A stretch of DNA of 54,800 nt from Capsulimonadales bacterium (GCA_033762295.1 JANRLW010000130.1:1-54800); one strand, 5' to 3'; counted from the first letter of the stretch, positions 29,595-39,673 are shown. Translations and numbers: made by a program. Notes: generated by a model from the letters alone, not told the origin.

Positions 29595-32500
29595 CTACGC
29601 TTGTCCGAATCCGCCGCCGCCGGGGGTTTCGAGGATCAGGCGGTCGCCGGGGAGAACGTTCGCGCCATCGGTGGAACGGAGCGTCGTTTCTCCGTCCGCC
29701 CGGATCAGCGTCTGCCGTCCCGGTTCGCCGGGTTCGCCGCCCGCCATGCCGAAGGGACCGCTCATGCGTCGCTCGGTCAGCACCGACAGTTCCATCGGGG
29801 CCAGGAAATGCGTCTCACGGAGGACGCCGTCGCCGCCCGGATGACGCCCCGCGCCACCGGAACCGTGACGCCGGGCGAACCGCTCGATCCGCACCGGATA
29901 CCGGGCCTCGATCACCTCGGTATCGGTCATTCGGGTGTTCGTCATGTGGGTATGGACACAGGACGCGCCCGCCGCGGTCCGAGTCCCGCCCGCCCCGCCG
30001 CAGACGGTTTCGTAATAACCGAACGTGGCCGTTCCCCAGAGGATATTGTTCATCGTTCCCTGCGAGGCGGCACAGTGCCCGAGCGCTTTCAGCAGCGTGT
30101 CGACGATACGCTGACTGGTTTCCACATTCCCGCCGACCACCGCGGGACACCGGGTCGGGTCGATCGGATCAAAGGGCGGATTAACGAGCGAATCCGGCGG
30201 CAGAACCAGCGTGACCGGGCGGAGCAGGCCCTCGTTCAGCGGGATCGGTTCGCCGATCAACAGGCGCAAAACATACAGGACCGCTGACCGGACGACGGCA
30301 GGTGGCGCGTTTCGATTACCCGGATGGGTCGGCCCGGTGCCGGTGAAATCCACCGTCGCCGCCCCACCGGCCACCGTGATCCGAACGCGGATCGGTGTCC
30401 CATCGTCCAGCGTCTCCGTCGCCGCAGACTCGCCCTCCCCCAGAGCGGTCAGGGCGGCCCGCGCCAGGCGTTCGCTGCGGTCGGTGATTTCGTTCATTCG
30501 CCGTTCGACGGCCTCCGCGCCGACGGTTCGCGCCAGTTCGAGCAACGCCTTCGCTCCCTGATGGTTGGCGGCCAGCGCAGCTTCCAGGTCCGCCCGGTTA
30601 TCGGCCGGCGAGCGGGTCGGATAGGGCACGTTCGTGAGCAGGGCGCATAACTCATCGAGGCGGGAGACTCCCTGCTCGACCAGCGGGAACGGGGGCAGGA
30701 CCACCCCCTCCTGCGCCAGATTCGTCGCGTCGGGCGGCATCGAGCCGGGACGCAGCCCGCCGATCTCGGCATGGTGCGCCCGGCTGGCGACGATTCCGAT
30801 CGGACGCTCCCCCTGAAAGACCGGCGTAATGACCGTCACATCCGGAAGATGCGAGCCACCGAAGGCCGGATGGTTGGTCACCCAGACATCGCCCGCCCGG
30901 AAACGGACGGCATCCCGAACCTGTCGCACGCACGCGCCCAAAGCGCCCAGATGGACCGGAATATGCGCCGCCGATGCGATCAGGTCGCCGTTCGGATGAA
31001 GCACCGCGCAGGAGAAATCGAGCCGTTCCTTCACATTGGTGGAAACCGCCGTCCGACGCAGCATCTCCCCCATCTCCTCGGCGATGGCGGCGAACCGTGC
31101 CGAAAACAGTTCGATGGCGAACGGCGACTCGCCTCCGGTTTCCGTTTCCGAACCCTCGCCGACCCGCTCCGCGATCAAAGCGCCGCAGGTTTCGTGCCTC
31201 CGGCAGATCCAGCCTTCGGGCAGCAGGAAGACACTGTGCGCCTCGACGATTCGGGCCGGACCGGCGACGGGTTCGGTCGCGGTCACTGCATCCCTTTCGA
31301 ATTCGCCGTGGGACAGAGTTCCGCGTGCCTCGACGAACGGACCGGACTCCGGTTCGACCGCGGGCATCGGAGCGGGAATGCCGGCGACGACCCGCACCGA
31401 CTCCGTTTCGATCGCCTTTCCGTCCGGCGGGTGATGCCCGTATCGGCGAACATAGGCGCCGGCAAAGGCGTCCGCAAGGGACGTCCTGCCATCCGGCTCG
31501 ATATCGAGCGACGTCTCCTGTCCGATCAGGCGCAGGCGAACGAAGGTCCGACGCAGCACCGGTTCCCCGGCCTCGCCGGTTCGCAGGGCGGCGAACGCTT
31601 CCTCCGTCAGTTCCGAAACGAGGGAAGCGACCCCCTCTTCCGTGATACCGTCCGGGCCCAGCGGTTTCAGCACCTGACGTTCGGCGAACCGCTCGATGAC
31701 CGCGTTCGCCAGACCGAACGCCGACAGCAGACTGGCATCCGGCGGGACGAGGACGGTCCGGATGCCCAGCCGTTCCGCCACCGCGCAGGCATGCTGTCCG
31801 CCGGCCCCGCCGAAGGAGAGCAGCGCGAATTTCGACGGGTCGTACCCCTGCCGCACGGAAATTTTCCGGATCGCATCGGCCATGCGCTCGTTCGCGATCG
31901 CCAGAAGACTCTCGAGCACCGCGCGGGGTTCAAAACGGGTTCCGGTCTCCCGCTCCAGGTTCGCCCGTAACCGCTCGAACGCCATTTGGGCCGCCTCCCA
32001 CGACAGCGGAATGCCGAATCGTTCCGGTGACAGATGCCCGAGCAGCAGATGGATGTCGGTAATCGTGAGCGGGCCGCCCGCGCCGTAGCAGGCCGGTCCG
32101 GGGGTTGCGCCCGCCGATTCGGGACCGACGCGCAGTCCGTGCCGGTCGGCGACGCAGATCGAGCCGCCGCCCGCCGCCACCGACTCGATCGCGAGGGCCG
32201 GGGCCATCAGGTGGGCGTCCCCGACCGTATGCTCGAAGACATAATCGTAATCGCCGTCGAAACGCGCAACATCCGTCGAGGTGCCACCCATATCGAACGC
32301 AATAATCCGGTCAAATCCGGCCCGTCTTCCGGCTGTCGCCGCCCCGACGATTCCCCCCGCCGGCCCGGAAAGCAGACTGTCCTTCGGTCGAAAACCGGCG
32401 GCGGCGACCAGTCCCCCGGCGCTCGTCATCAGGCGCAGACCGTCCTCCGTGCCGCGTCCTTCGGCCACCCGTTCCACATACCGCTCCAGTATCGGCGCGA

Positions 32501-33347
32501 GATAGGCGTTGACGACCGCCGTCCGGGCACGGGGCAGCGCCTTGATGAGCGGCGCCAGTTCCGAGGACAGGGAGACGTGGGTAAACCCGGCGGCGCGCAG
32601 GATGGCCGCCACCCGTCGTTCGTGCTCCGGATTCCGGTAGGAATGCAGGAGACAGACCGCCGCCGTTCGTGCGCCTCCGCCGATCCCCCGTTCGGCGGAT
32701 CGACGTACCTCCTCCGCATCGAGGGGACGCAAAACCGTTCCCCCGGCGTCGAGCCGTTCCGCCACCTCGATCACCTCCGAATACAGGGGGGCGGGACGAA
32801 CGATCGATTCGGCGAACAGATCCGGCCTTTGCTGCGTTCCGATGAACAGCAGATCGGCGTGTCCCCCGGTGACGAAGAACGCAGGCGGCGTTCCGGTCCG
32901 GGTCAGCAGGGCGTTCGTGCCGCGCGTCGTCGCCAACCGCAACGTATGCGGCGGCAACGGTTTTCCGGCGGGAGTGCGCGTCAGCAGGCGGGCGACCAGT
33001 ATCGGCGCTTCGTCGGGAGAGATCGCCTCAAACGTCGTCCCGGCAGGCGGCACGGACGGCAGGGGTTCCTCCAGCACGATCCTGCCCGGTTCGTACCGCG
33101 CGATTCGCGTTTCGGCCGCCGCCTCCTCCAGGGTACGAAACAGAAACCCATCGGCGAACCCGGCGGGCGCGTCCCACCGATCCTCGATAACCAGAGTTCG
33201 GCGGTCGAGGACTTCCCGGACCGTTCCACGAAGCGCGGAGGAGGAGAGCGCCTTGGCACGATGCGTTCTACCGGCCGGATCGATCGCATATCCATCCGTA
33301 AACGTTCCGCCGGTATCCGCGCAAATCAGCCACAATCCGGTATCCAA
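29595..33347 (-). CDS. Fused 5-oxoprolinase (hydantoinase A+B)
   Basis: DTGGTFTD, SGPAGG, DMGGTSTD, SVAAGGGS, KERLDFSCA, HLPD, ASQGTMNN, TPGGGGFG; TTG start with AGGGAGG upstream. Confidence 0.93.
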   Translation of the reverse strand: MDTGLWLICADTGGTFTDGYAIDPAGRTHRAKALSSSALRGTVREVLDRRTLVIEDRWDAPAGFADGFLFRTLEEAAAETRIARYEPGRIVLEEPLPSVPPAGTTFEAISPDEAPILVARLLTRTPAGKPLPPHTLRLATTRGTNALLTRTGTPPAFFVTGGHADLLFIGTQQRPDLFAESIVRPAPLYSEVIEVAERLDAGGTVLRPLDAEEVRRSAERGIGGGARTAAVCLLHSYRNPEHERRVAAILRAAGFTHVSLSSELAPLIKALPRARTAVVNAYLAPILERYVERVAEGRGTEDGLRLMTSAGGLVAAAGFRPKDSLLSGPAGGIVGAATAGRRAGFDRIIAFDMGGTSTDVARFDGDYDYVFEHTVGDAHLMAPALAIESVAAGGGSICVADRHGLRVGPESAGATPGPACYGAGGPLTITDIHLLLGHLSPERFGIPLSWEAAQMAFERLRANLERETGTRFEPRAVLESLLAIANERMADAIRKISVRQGYDPSKFALLSFGGAGGQHACAVAERLGIRTVLVPPDASLLSAFGLANAVIERFAERQVLKPLGPDGITEEGVASLVSELTEEAFAALRTGEAGEPVLRRTFVRLRLIGQETSLDIEPDGRTSLADAFAGAYVRRYGHHPPDGKAIETESVRVVAGIPAPMPAVEPESGPFVEARGTLSHGEFERDAVTATEPVAGPARIVEAHSVFLLPEGWICRRHETCGALIAERVGEGSETETGGESPFAIELFSARFAAIAEEMGEMLRRTAVSTNVKERLDFSCAVLHPNGDLIASAAHIPVHLGALGACVRQVRDAVRFRAGDVWVTNHPAFGGSHLPDVTVITPVFQGERPIGIVASRAHHAEIGGLRPGSMPPDATNLAQEGVVLPPFPLVEQGVSRLDELCALLTNVPYPTRSPADNRADLEAALAANHQGAKALLELARTVGAEAVERRMNEITDRSERLARAALTALGEGESAATETLDDGTPIRVRITVAGGAATVDFTGTGPTHPGNRNAPPAVVRSAVLYVLRLLIGEPIPLNEGLLRPVTLVLPPDSLVNPPFDPIDPTRCPAVVGGNVETSQRIVDTLLKALGHCAASQGTMNNILWGTATFGYYETVCGGAGGTRTAAGASCVHTHMTNTRMTDTEVIEARYPVRIERFARRHGSGGAGRHPGGDGVLRETHFLAPMELSVLTERRMSGPFGMAGGEPGEPGRQTLIRADGETTLRSTDGANVLPGDRLILETPGGGGFGQA

Positions 33348-33362
33348 AACGATCTTTCGCCT

Positions 33363-33392
33363 CCCTGCCGATTCCCTGCCGATTCCCTGCCG
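33363..33392. repeat. 11-bp tandem repeat (ccctgccgatt x ~2.7)
   Basis: Directly visible in the divergent intergenic region. Confidence 0.8.
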
Positions 33393-33465
33393 TTGCCCTC
33401 TGGCAGACGGGCCGTTCCGGTCCTGTCTGGCATCGAGCGGTTTCGTATGATACCAAATTCCCTGT

Positions 33466-34212
33466 ATGCCGCGGAACCGCGCCACTCCCCTGACCGTCAT
33501 TCACCGATTTCTCACCGGACCCGAATCCTGCGCCTATCTGCCGGATCGGACCGCGCAGCAGGAATATCTGGTCATTTCGCACCTGACCCCGGAGGAGTAT
33601 GAACGCCGTATGAACGCCGGGTGGAGGAAGTTCGGCCCGTTGCTTTTTCACCCGGTCTGCCCGACATGCCAGGAGTGCCGCCCGATTCGCATTTCCGCCG
33701 ATCGGTTCACCCCGAACCGCAGTCAGCAGCGGGCACTGCGTCGGAACGCCGACCTGCGGGTGGTTTTCGCCCGACCGACCGTCGATCCCGTCCGCCTCGA
33801 ACTTTATCACCGGTACCACCGGGCGCAGGCGGAGCGCAAGGGCTGGCCGCTCGACGACAAGGACGAGGGAGAGTACTCCTTCAGTTTCCTTCTGAACTCG
33901 ATCCCCTCGGTCGAAATCTCGATCTGGCAGGAGGACGCTCTGGTCGCGGTCGCGCTGACGGAAGTGACGCCGAACGTGGTCAGCGGCATCTATCATTACC
34001 ATGCCCCGGAGGCGTCCGACCGCAGCCTCGGTAAGTTCGCCATGCTGCAGACCATCGAACTGGCCCGACAGCTGGAGAAACCCTGGGCCTACTTCGGCTA
34101 TTACGTCGCGGATTGCGGCAGCTTGTCCTATAAATCGACCTTCCGTCCCTGCGAAATTCTTGGCGCGGACGGCATCTGGCGCCCTTGGTCCGCCGGGGAG
34201 GCTTCGACGTGA
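33466..34212 (+). CDS. Arginyltransferase-like / Bpt aspartate-glutamate leucyltransferase
   Basis: CAYLP, GWRKFG, C..C.EC, RSQQR, SLG, GYYV..C..LSYK..FRP. Confidence 0.9.
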   Translation: MPRNRATPLTVIHRFLTGPESCAYLPDRTAQQEYLVISHLTPEEYERRMNAGWRKFGPLLFHPVCPTCQECRPIRISADRFTPNRSQQRALRRNADLRVVFARPTVDPVRLELYHRYHRAQAERKGWPLDDKDEGEYSFSFLLNSIPSVEISIWQEDALVAVALTEVTPNVVSGIYHYHAPEASDRSLGKFAMLQTIELARQLEKPWAYFGYYVADCGSLSYKSTFRPCEILGADGIWRPWSAGEAST

Positions 34213-35609
34213 GGGAAGGCAAGGAGACACGGACATTCTCGCTTCCGGTCACGGCGGCCGTCGACGTGCTGGTGGTCGGTGGCGGTCCGGCCGGGGTCGC
34301 CGCCGCCCTCTCGTCCGCCCGGAACGGGGCGACGACGCTGTTGATCGAGAGGAACGGATTCCTCGGCGGATCGGCGACCGCCGCCCAGGTGCCCGCCTTC
34401 GCTCCGTTCTCCGACCGGACCCGGGCGATCGTTCGTGGCATCGGATGGGAGGTCATGACCGAAATGCAGCGGCGGCTCGGTCGTCCCCTGCCCGATCCGG
34501 CGCAGTATGCCGTCCCGCAGGACCGGGCGCGTATGGACTGGGTGCCGATCGATGTTGAGACCCTGAAACGCGTTTACGATGATCTTTGCGAGGCGGCAAA
34601 GGTCGAGATTCTATTTCATACCTTCGTACCGGAGGTCATTCGCCGGGAGGACGGGACGACCCTCTCGTCGGTCGTGCTGGCCAACAAGGACGGCCTGTCG
34701 CTGGTCCGGGCGCAGGTTTTCGTGGATGCGACCGGGGATGCCGACGTGGCGGCGCGCGCCGGTTGCCCATTCCATGAAGGCGATGACGAAGGCCGGACAC
34801 AGGGCATGACGCTTTGTTTCACGGTGGCTCAGGGATCGCGCGAACAGTACCTGGGATATGTCCATTCCACAGGCGACGGTTACCTGGCGCGTTTGGTGGC
34901 GGAGGCGAGAGCCGCCGGAGATTTCGACCTTCCGGATGCCTCGCTGGTCGGTCTGTCCTTCAAAAATGAGACGGTCGCCGGGGCGAACATGGGGCATGTC
35001 TACGGGGCGCGCTCGACCGATACCCGCAGTCTCAGTCGGGCGGAACGCGAGGGGCGGCGCGTCGTGGAAAAACTGCTTCCCTTTCTGCGCCGGTACGTGC
35101 CCGGCCAGGAGAACCTGACGCTGATCTCCACCGGGCCGCAGATCGGGGTTCGCGAGTCCCGTCGGATCGTCGGAGACTACACTCTGACGCTCGACGACTA
35201 TCTTTCCTGCCGAACGTTCGCCGATGACATCGCCCGGTGCGCCTATTTCATCGACCTGCACGCGGTGACGACCGAGCAGGCGGCCCGTGCCCGTTCGATC
35301 AGCGATGTCGCACAGGAGAAGAGCGAACGAAAAAGCTACTCGCTGGCACCGGGGCGCAGTCATGGAATCCCGTTCCGCTGCCTGCTGCCGCAGGGAGTGG
35401 GCAACCTGCTGGTGGCCGGACGTTCGCTTTCCGCCGAACGGGCCGTCTCCGGCGCGGTACGCGTCATGCCCTACGGCTTTGCCACCGGGGAGGCGGCCGG
35501 ATGGGCGGCGGCGCGGGCGGCGTTGCGCCACGGGGGTGATGTCCGCGCGGTGGACCCGGCGGGTCTACGACAGGGACTGATCGCTCAGGGCGCTTGGCTG
35601 GAAGAGTAA
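34209..35609 (+). CDS. FAD-dependent oxidoreductase
   Basis: VVGGGPAG, DATGDAD, GVRESRRIVG, IPFRCLLP, LLVAGR; GTGA overlap with the previous gene. Confidence 0.88.
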   Translation: MREGKETRTFSLPVTAAVDVLVVGGGPAGVAAALSSARNGATTLLIERNGFLGGSATAAQVPAFAPFSDRTRAIVRGIGWEVMTEMQRRLGRPLPDPAQYAVPQDRARMDWVPIDVETLKRVYDDLCEAAKVEILFHTFVPEVIRREDGTTLSSVVLANKDGLSLVRAQVFVDATGDADVAARAGCPFHEGDDEGRTQGMTLCFTVAQGSREQYLGYVHSTGDGYLARLVAEARAAGDFDLPDASLVGLSFKNETVAGANMGHVYGARSTDTRSLSRAEREGRRVVEKLLPFLRRYVPGQENLTLISTGPQIGVRESRRIVGDYTLTLDDYLSCRTFADDIARCAYFIDLHAVTTEQAARARSISDVAQEKSERKSYSLAPGRSHGIPFRCLLPQGVGNLLVAGRSLSAERAVSGAVRVMPYGFATGEAAGWAAARAALRHGGDVRAVDPAGLRQGLIAQGAWLEE

Positions 35610-35612
35610 GCC

Positions 35613-36932
35613 ATGCGCGTTACGCCGCTTCCGATCCTGACGGAACCCGACCGGCGACGAATGCTGGCGGAGATCGGTTGCGTGGCCCTCGCGATCGGAC
35701 GCGACCTCTTTCCCGACGTCTCCGTTACCGATCCGGACCTGGAGCGAATCGCCGCCGGCGAAGGGCCGGAAGGACCGTCGACTCCCTGTCCTCGCGAACG
35801 GGTGGCTTACCTTTCGTCGGTCCGAACCCGCCTGGAGAACGCTCTGCGCCGGATCGAGCGAGAACCGGAGACGCGGCTGCGCCCGGAGGAACGGATTACG
35901 CCCCTGGAACGGGCGCGGCGGGCGACGCCGAAGGAACGGATGACGGCGCTGACCCGCAGCGTCGGCAAGGGTCCGCCGCGCGTTCGTGAATGGGCGTCCG
36001 CGCCGACCGTGAACACACCCGCGAACGTTTTGATCAAATCGATTCTGGTGCTTCTGCTCCGCGATGGGAACGCCGCCGCCGCGCTGGCCGCCGTCGTCGG
36101 GGCGCGTTCGGTGGAACGGGAGGCGTTGCTTCTCCGGGACCTGCTCAAACGAACGCTTCGGCGAGAGCCGTGGCGCGATCTGCCGATAGTCACCGGCGCC
36201 GTACTGCCGGCCCTGCCGCTGTCCGTGCGGCGCAATGGCCCGTATCGCCTGGTCTACGACCTGTTTCGCCGTTACCGTCAGGGATTCGCCTTCGATTGGA
36301 CTACCCCCCTGTTCGCGCTTCCACCACGCGAGATGTGGCTGCTGTACGAATACTGGTGCCTTTTTCGAACCGCCGACGCGGTGCGTCGGCTGGGGTTTCG
36401 GGCCAGGGAGGCGAGCGACTTCATGATGTCGCGTTCGGGTCTGACCTTCACCCTGGTCCGGGGCCGCGCCTCCGCCCTGACCTTCGTTCGCGACGGTCAA
36501 CGCCTGACCCTGACCTACGGCCGGGAGTTTCCACCCGCCTCCGCGAAACGTCGCGATGCCTGGCGTTCCCGGTCCCACGCCATGCGTCCGGACATCGTCC
36601 TGGAAATGGGAGGACGGCTGCTGGTTCTGGATGCCAAGTACAAGGCCTACGCCGAGACGTTTTCCACGGAAGACCCCGACAACCTGCCGTTGACGGCGGA
36701 TATCAATCAATGCCATGCCTACCGGGACGGCATTCTCCACGGCGACCGACCGGCGGTCGTCGCCGCCTGGCTGCTGTATCCGGGTCATGCGGAACGGAAC
36801 AATCGCGCCGTCATCTCCTACGGCGACGGAGAACGCTCGGAAGTGGGAGCGATCCGCCTGCGCGATGTTCGCGATACGGCCCACCTGGTCTCACTGATGG
36901 CTGTCTTCCTGTCGACCGTCGAGAAGCCTTAG
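35613..36932 (+). CDS. DUF2357 / McrC-like PD-(D/E)xK nuclease
   Basis: NTPAN, LYEYWC, RPDIVL..DAKYK, DINQCHAYRD. Confidence 0.82.
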   Translation: MRVTPLPILTEPDRRRMLAEIGCVALAIGRDLFPDVSVTDPDLERIAAGEGPEGPSTPCPRERVAYLSSVRTRLENALRRIEREPETRLRPEERITPLERARRATPKERMTALTRSVGKGPPRVREWASAPTVNTPANVLIKSILVLLLRDGNAAAALAAVVGARSVEREALLLRDLLKRTLRREPWRDLPIVTGAVLPALPLSVRRNGPYRLVYDLFRRYRQGFAFDWTTPLFALPPREMWLLYEYWCLFRTADAVRRLGFRAREASDFMMSRSGLTFTLVRGRASALTFVRDGQRLTLTYGREFPPASAKRRDAWRSRSHAMRPDIVLEMGGRLLVLDAKYKAYAETFSTEDPDNLPLTADINQCHAYRDGILHGDRPAVVAAWLLYPGHAERNNRAVISYGDGERSEVGAIRLRDVRDTAHLVSLMAVFLSTVEKP

Positions 36933-37775
36933 GAACGCCCGGGCGGCGTGCGACAGGTCGGCGGTTCTCCGGACCACGGCCAGGGTGCGGGTGGGACGGG
37001 GCGGCGCAAGTTCGACGAGGACCGCGCCGGCGGGCGGATTCAGGGCGAGCCGGGGCAGGAGGGCGATTCCCAGTCCGGCGGCGACCAGCGCCTGCATTCC
37101 GGACGCCGACCCGGAGACGCAGGCGATCCGTGGCGTGAATCCGGCGGCCAGGCAGGCGGCGTAGATGGGATGCTCCGGCGTCTCTCCCTGCGGCACCCAG
37201 ACGAAATCCTCGCCGGCCACGGCCGACAGCGGCGGTTCCGTTCCGACCAGCGGATGGCTTTCGGGAACGACCAGAGCCAGTTCCTCTGTGAAAAGCTCCC
37301 GCACAATGAGACCGGGCACGGCGCAGGGCAGATGCACCAGCCCCAGATCGGCCCTGCCACCCGCGACCGCCTCGCCGACGACACGGGCGGGAACGGTCTC
37401 ATGGACGGTGATGGCGATGGCCGGATGCTCCCGACGAAACCGGGCGAGGACGGGCGGTAACAGGTTCTGCCCCGGTGTCGGCAGCGTCCACAGGGAAAGG
37501 CGTCCCCGCTCCAGTCCGACCACCTCTCGGACGGCCCGTCGGGCCTCCTCCTCGGTTCTCAGGATGCGTTCGGCAAACTCGACCAGCGTCTGCCCCGCAT
37601 CGGTAAGGGTAACGGCCCGCCCGGTACGAACGAAGAGGGCCGCGCCGGTCTCCCGTTCCAGGTTGGCGATCTGAACCGAGAGTGAAGGCTGCGAGATGTG
37701 ACACTCCTCGGCGGCCCGGGAAAAGCTCCCCAGTCGCGCGGCGGCAAGAAAATAGCGAAGCTGGAAAACCTCCAC
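36891..37775 (-). CDS. LysR family transcriptional regulator
   Basis: QLRYF..GSFSRAAEECHISQPSLS..LF.R..LTDAG. Confidence 0.95.
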   Translation of the reverse strand: MEVFQLRYFLAAARLGSFSRAAEECHISQPSLSVQIANLERETGAALFVRTGRAVTLTDAGQTLVEFAERILRTEEEARRAVREVVGLERGRLSLWTLPTPGQNLLPPVLARFRREHPAIAITVHETVPARVVGEAVAGGRADLGLVHLPCAVPGLIVRELFTEELALVVPESHPLVGTEPPLSAVAGEDFVWVPQGETPEHPIYAACLAAGFTPRIACVSGSASGMQALVAAGLGIALLPRLALNPPAGAVLVELAPPRPTRTLAVVRRTADLSHAARAFLRLLDGRQEDSHQ

Positions 37776-37917
37776 AACGGATATTTAACCATGGTGGGGT
37801 GGTACGGGCGAAGGGTTCCCCCGAACCCGAATCCGCTCAACGAGCCGATTGCCTTCGACGAATTTCCCGCTCCTGCGGAGGGTTGCCTGTCGCGTCAGGA
37901 TTTTGAAGGGGTTCGGA

Positions 37918-38186
37918 TGAACGGACGAAAGAAGAATTCCTCCCTGCCCGTGGAAGAGGTGTCCGACACGACTCTGTGGCGGGATCGTCACACAAAGATG
38001 AAGACCTACGCGGCAGGGGGAATTCCCGAATACTGGGTACTCGATGTCAATGCGCGAACGCTGTTCGTTCATCGTCACCCGACCGCGAACGGCTACCGTG
38101 ACGTTACCGAGTACCCCACGACACAACAGGTCGCGCCTCTCGCCGCCCCGGACCGATTTCTCGCGGTCGCCGATCTTCTCGCCTGA
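37918..38186 (+). pseudogene. N-terminally truncated Uma2 family endonuclease
   Basis: EVSDTTL..D..K..YAAGGIPEYWVLD present; upstream PD motif half missing. Confidence 0.72.
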
Positions 38187-38200
38187 CAACGCGGCCGCAC

Positions 38201-38238
38201 AAAATAGAGAACCGTCCCCCCGCCGGTTGGGGAGACGG
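38201..38238 (-). terminator. Intrinsic terminator of the DUF1552 gene
   Basis: Minus strand ccgtctccc...gggggacgg followed by ttctctatttt. Confidence 0.6.
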
Positions 38239-38251
38239 CGGAGGAAATCGC

Positions 38252-39673
38252 CTAAGCCGGTCCGGTGACGCCCCGGTAGTGGGGGTCGCTCAGTCCCGGC
38301 AGTTCCTGCGTGCTGTCGCCGAACCGGTCGAGCGTCACCCCCATGCGGCGCGCCATGCCGACATACAGATTGCAGAGCGGCGTGCGCGGCGCGTACGTCA
38401 GATGACGACCGGTGGCGATCGTGTTGCCTCCCTTGCCGGCCAGAACGATCGGCAGGTTGTACGGGCTGTGCGCGTTTCCATCGCGCATACCGCTTCCGAG
38501 GAGGATCATCGAATTGTCGAGGAGATTGCGATCGCCTTCCTTGATCGACTTCAGTTTCTCCAGCAGGTAGGCGTACTGCTCCATGTGCCAGCGGTTGATC
38601 TTGTAGTACATCTCCATCTTTTCCGCCCGGTTCTCATGGTGGCTGGTTTCGTGATGGGACGTATTGACGCCCGGCAGGAAGGCAAAATTCCGACCGGAGA
38701 CCTCGTTGCCGAACATAAAAGTGGAGACGCGGGTCGAATCGGACCAGAAGCCGAGGGCGATAATATCCATCATCAGGCGCACCTGTTCGGTATGGTCGAT
38801 ACCGCGCTTGCCCTCGGGAACGGCGTAATAATCCTTGAGGCGGCCCCCGAGTTTTTCGATCTCGGCGCGCAGAATCGGATCGTCCATGACTTCGGATTGG
38901 CGGCGGGCGGCATCGAACGTGATCCGTCGCTCCACCGACCGTACCGCCTCGAAATATTCGTTCAGCTTAAGCCGGTCGGCCTGCCCGACCTGTCGCTGCA
39001 GACGCCGGGCATCGTTCAGGACCGCGTCCAGCACGCTTCGATCACGCAACGAAGCGCCGGTCGTGCTCGACTTGCGGCGGAACAACCGGTCGAACGCCAT
39101 CTGCGGATTGATTTCGCGGGCCATCGGGGTGGTCGGCGTGTTCCAGGAGATATGCCCACCGTAGAGGGTCGTCAGACCGACATTGGTATCGACGAACGTC
39201 CAGGGCGCTTCCACGGAGAGTTCCAGGGACGGCAGCGGGGTCAGGTTACCGATCTGAGACGCGATCAACTGGTCGAGGGAGACACCGCCGACCCGGACAT
39301 CCGCGCCGGTCGTTTTGGTGATCTCGGTTCCGGTCAGGAACGGAGCGACCTTATAATAATGGCCGTCGCCTGTGGTGCTATGGTGGTTCATCAGTTCGGT
39401 AAGCACCAGAAGGTCGTCCTTGACGTTTTTCAGTGGTTCAAGGATCGGAGAGAGGGCAAAATCGGCGCCGGTCCGCTCCGGGGTCCACCGTTTCGGATGC
39501 ACACCGTTCGGCATGTAGAGCACCGCCATCCGCACCGGAGCCGCCCCGGCCGCCGGTCCGGTCTTCTCGCCCGCAAAGGCGGTCAGGGGTTCCATCGCCT
39601 CCAGCAACGGCAACGTCATCGTCACGCCGATTCCGCGCAGCACCGTTCGTCGGGAAATCGGTTCACGTCCCAT
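38252..39673 (-). CDS. DUF1552 family protein
   Basis: SRRTVLRGIGV..LPLLEAM, YMPNG, SLDQ, SVLD, D.TRV.T, HH..SHH, LLDNS. Confidence 0.85.
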   Translation of the reverse strand: MGREPISRRTVLRGIGVTMTLPLLEAMEPLTAFAGEKTGPAAGAAPVRMAVLYMPNGVHPKRWTPERTGADFALSPILEPLKNVKDDLLVLTELMNHHSTTGDGHYYKVAPFLTGTEITKTTGADVRVGGVSLDQLIASQIGNLTPLPSLELSVEAPWTFVDTNVGLTTLYGGHISWNTPTTPMAREINPQMAFDRLFRRKSSTTGASLRDRSVLDAVLNDARRLQRQVGQADRLKLNEYFEAVRSVERRITFDAARRQSEVMDDPILRAEIEKLGGRLKDYYAVPEGKRGIDHTEQVRLMMDIIALGFWSDSTRVSTFMFGNEVSGRNFAFLPGVNTSHHETSHHENRAEKMEMYYKINRWHMEQYAYLLEKLKSIKEGDRNLLDNSMILLGSGMRDGNAHSPYNLPIVLAGKGGNTIATGRHLTYAPRTPLCNLYVGMARRMGVTLDRFGDSTQELPGLSDPHYRGVTGPA

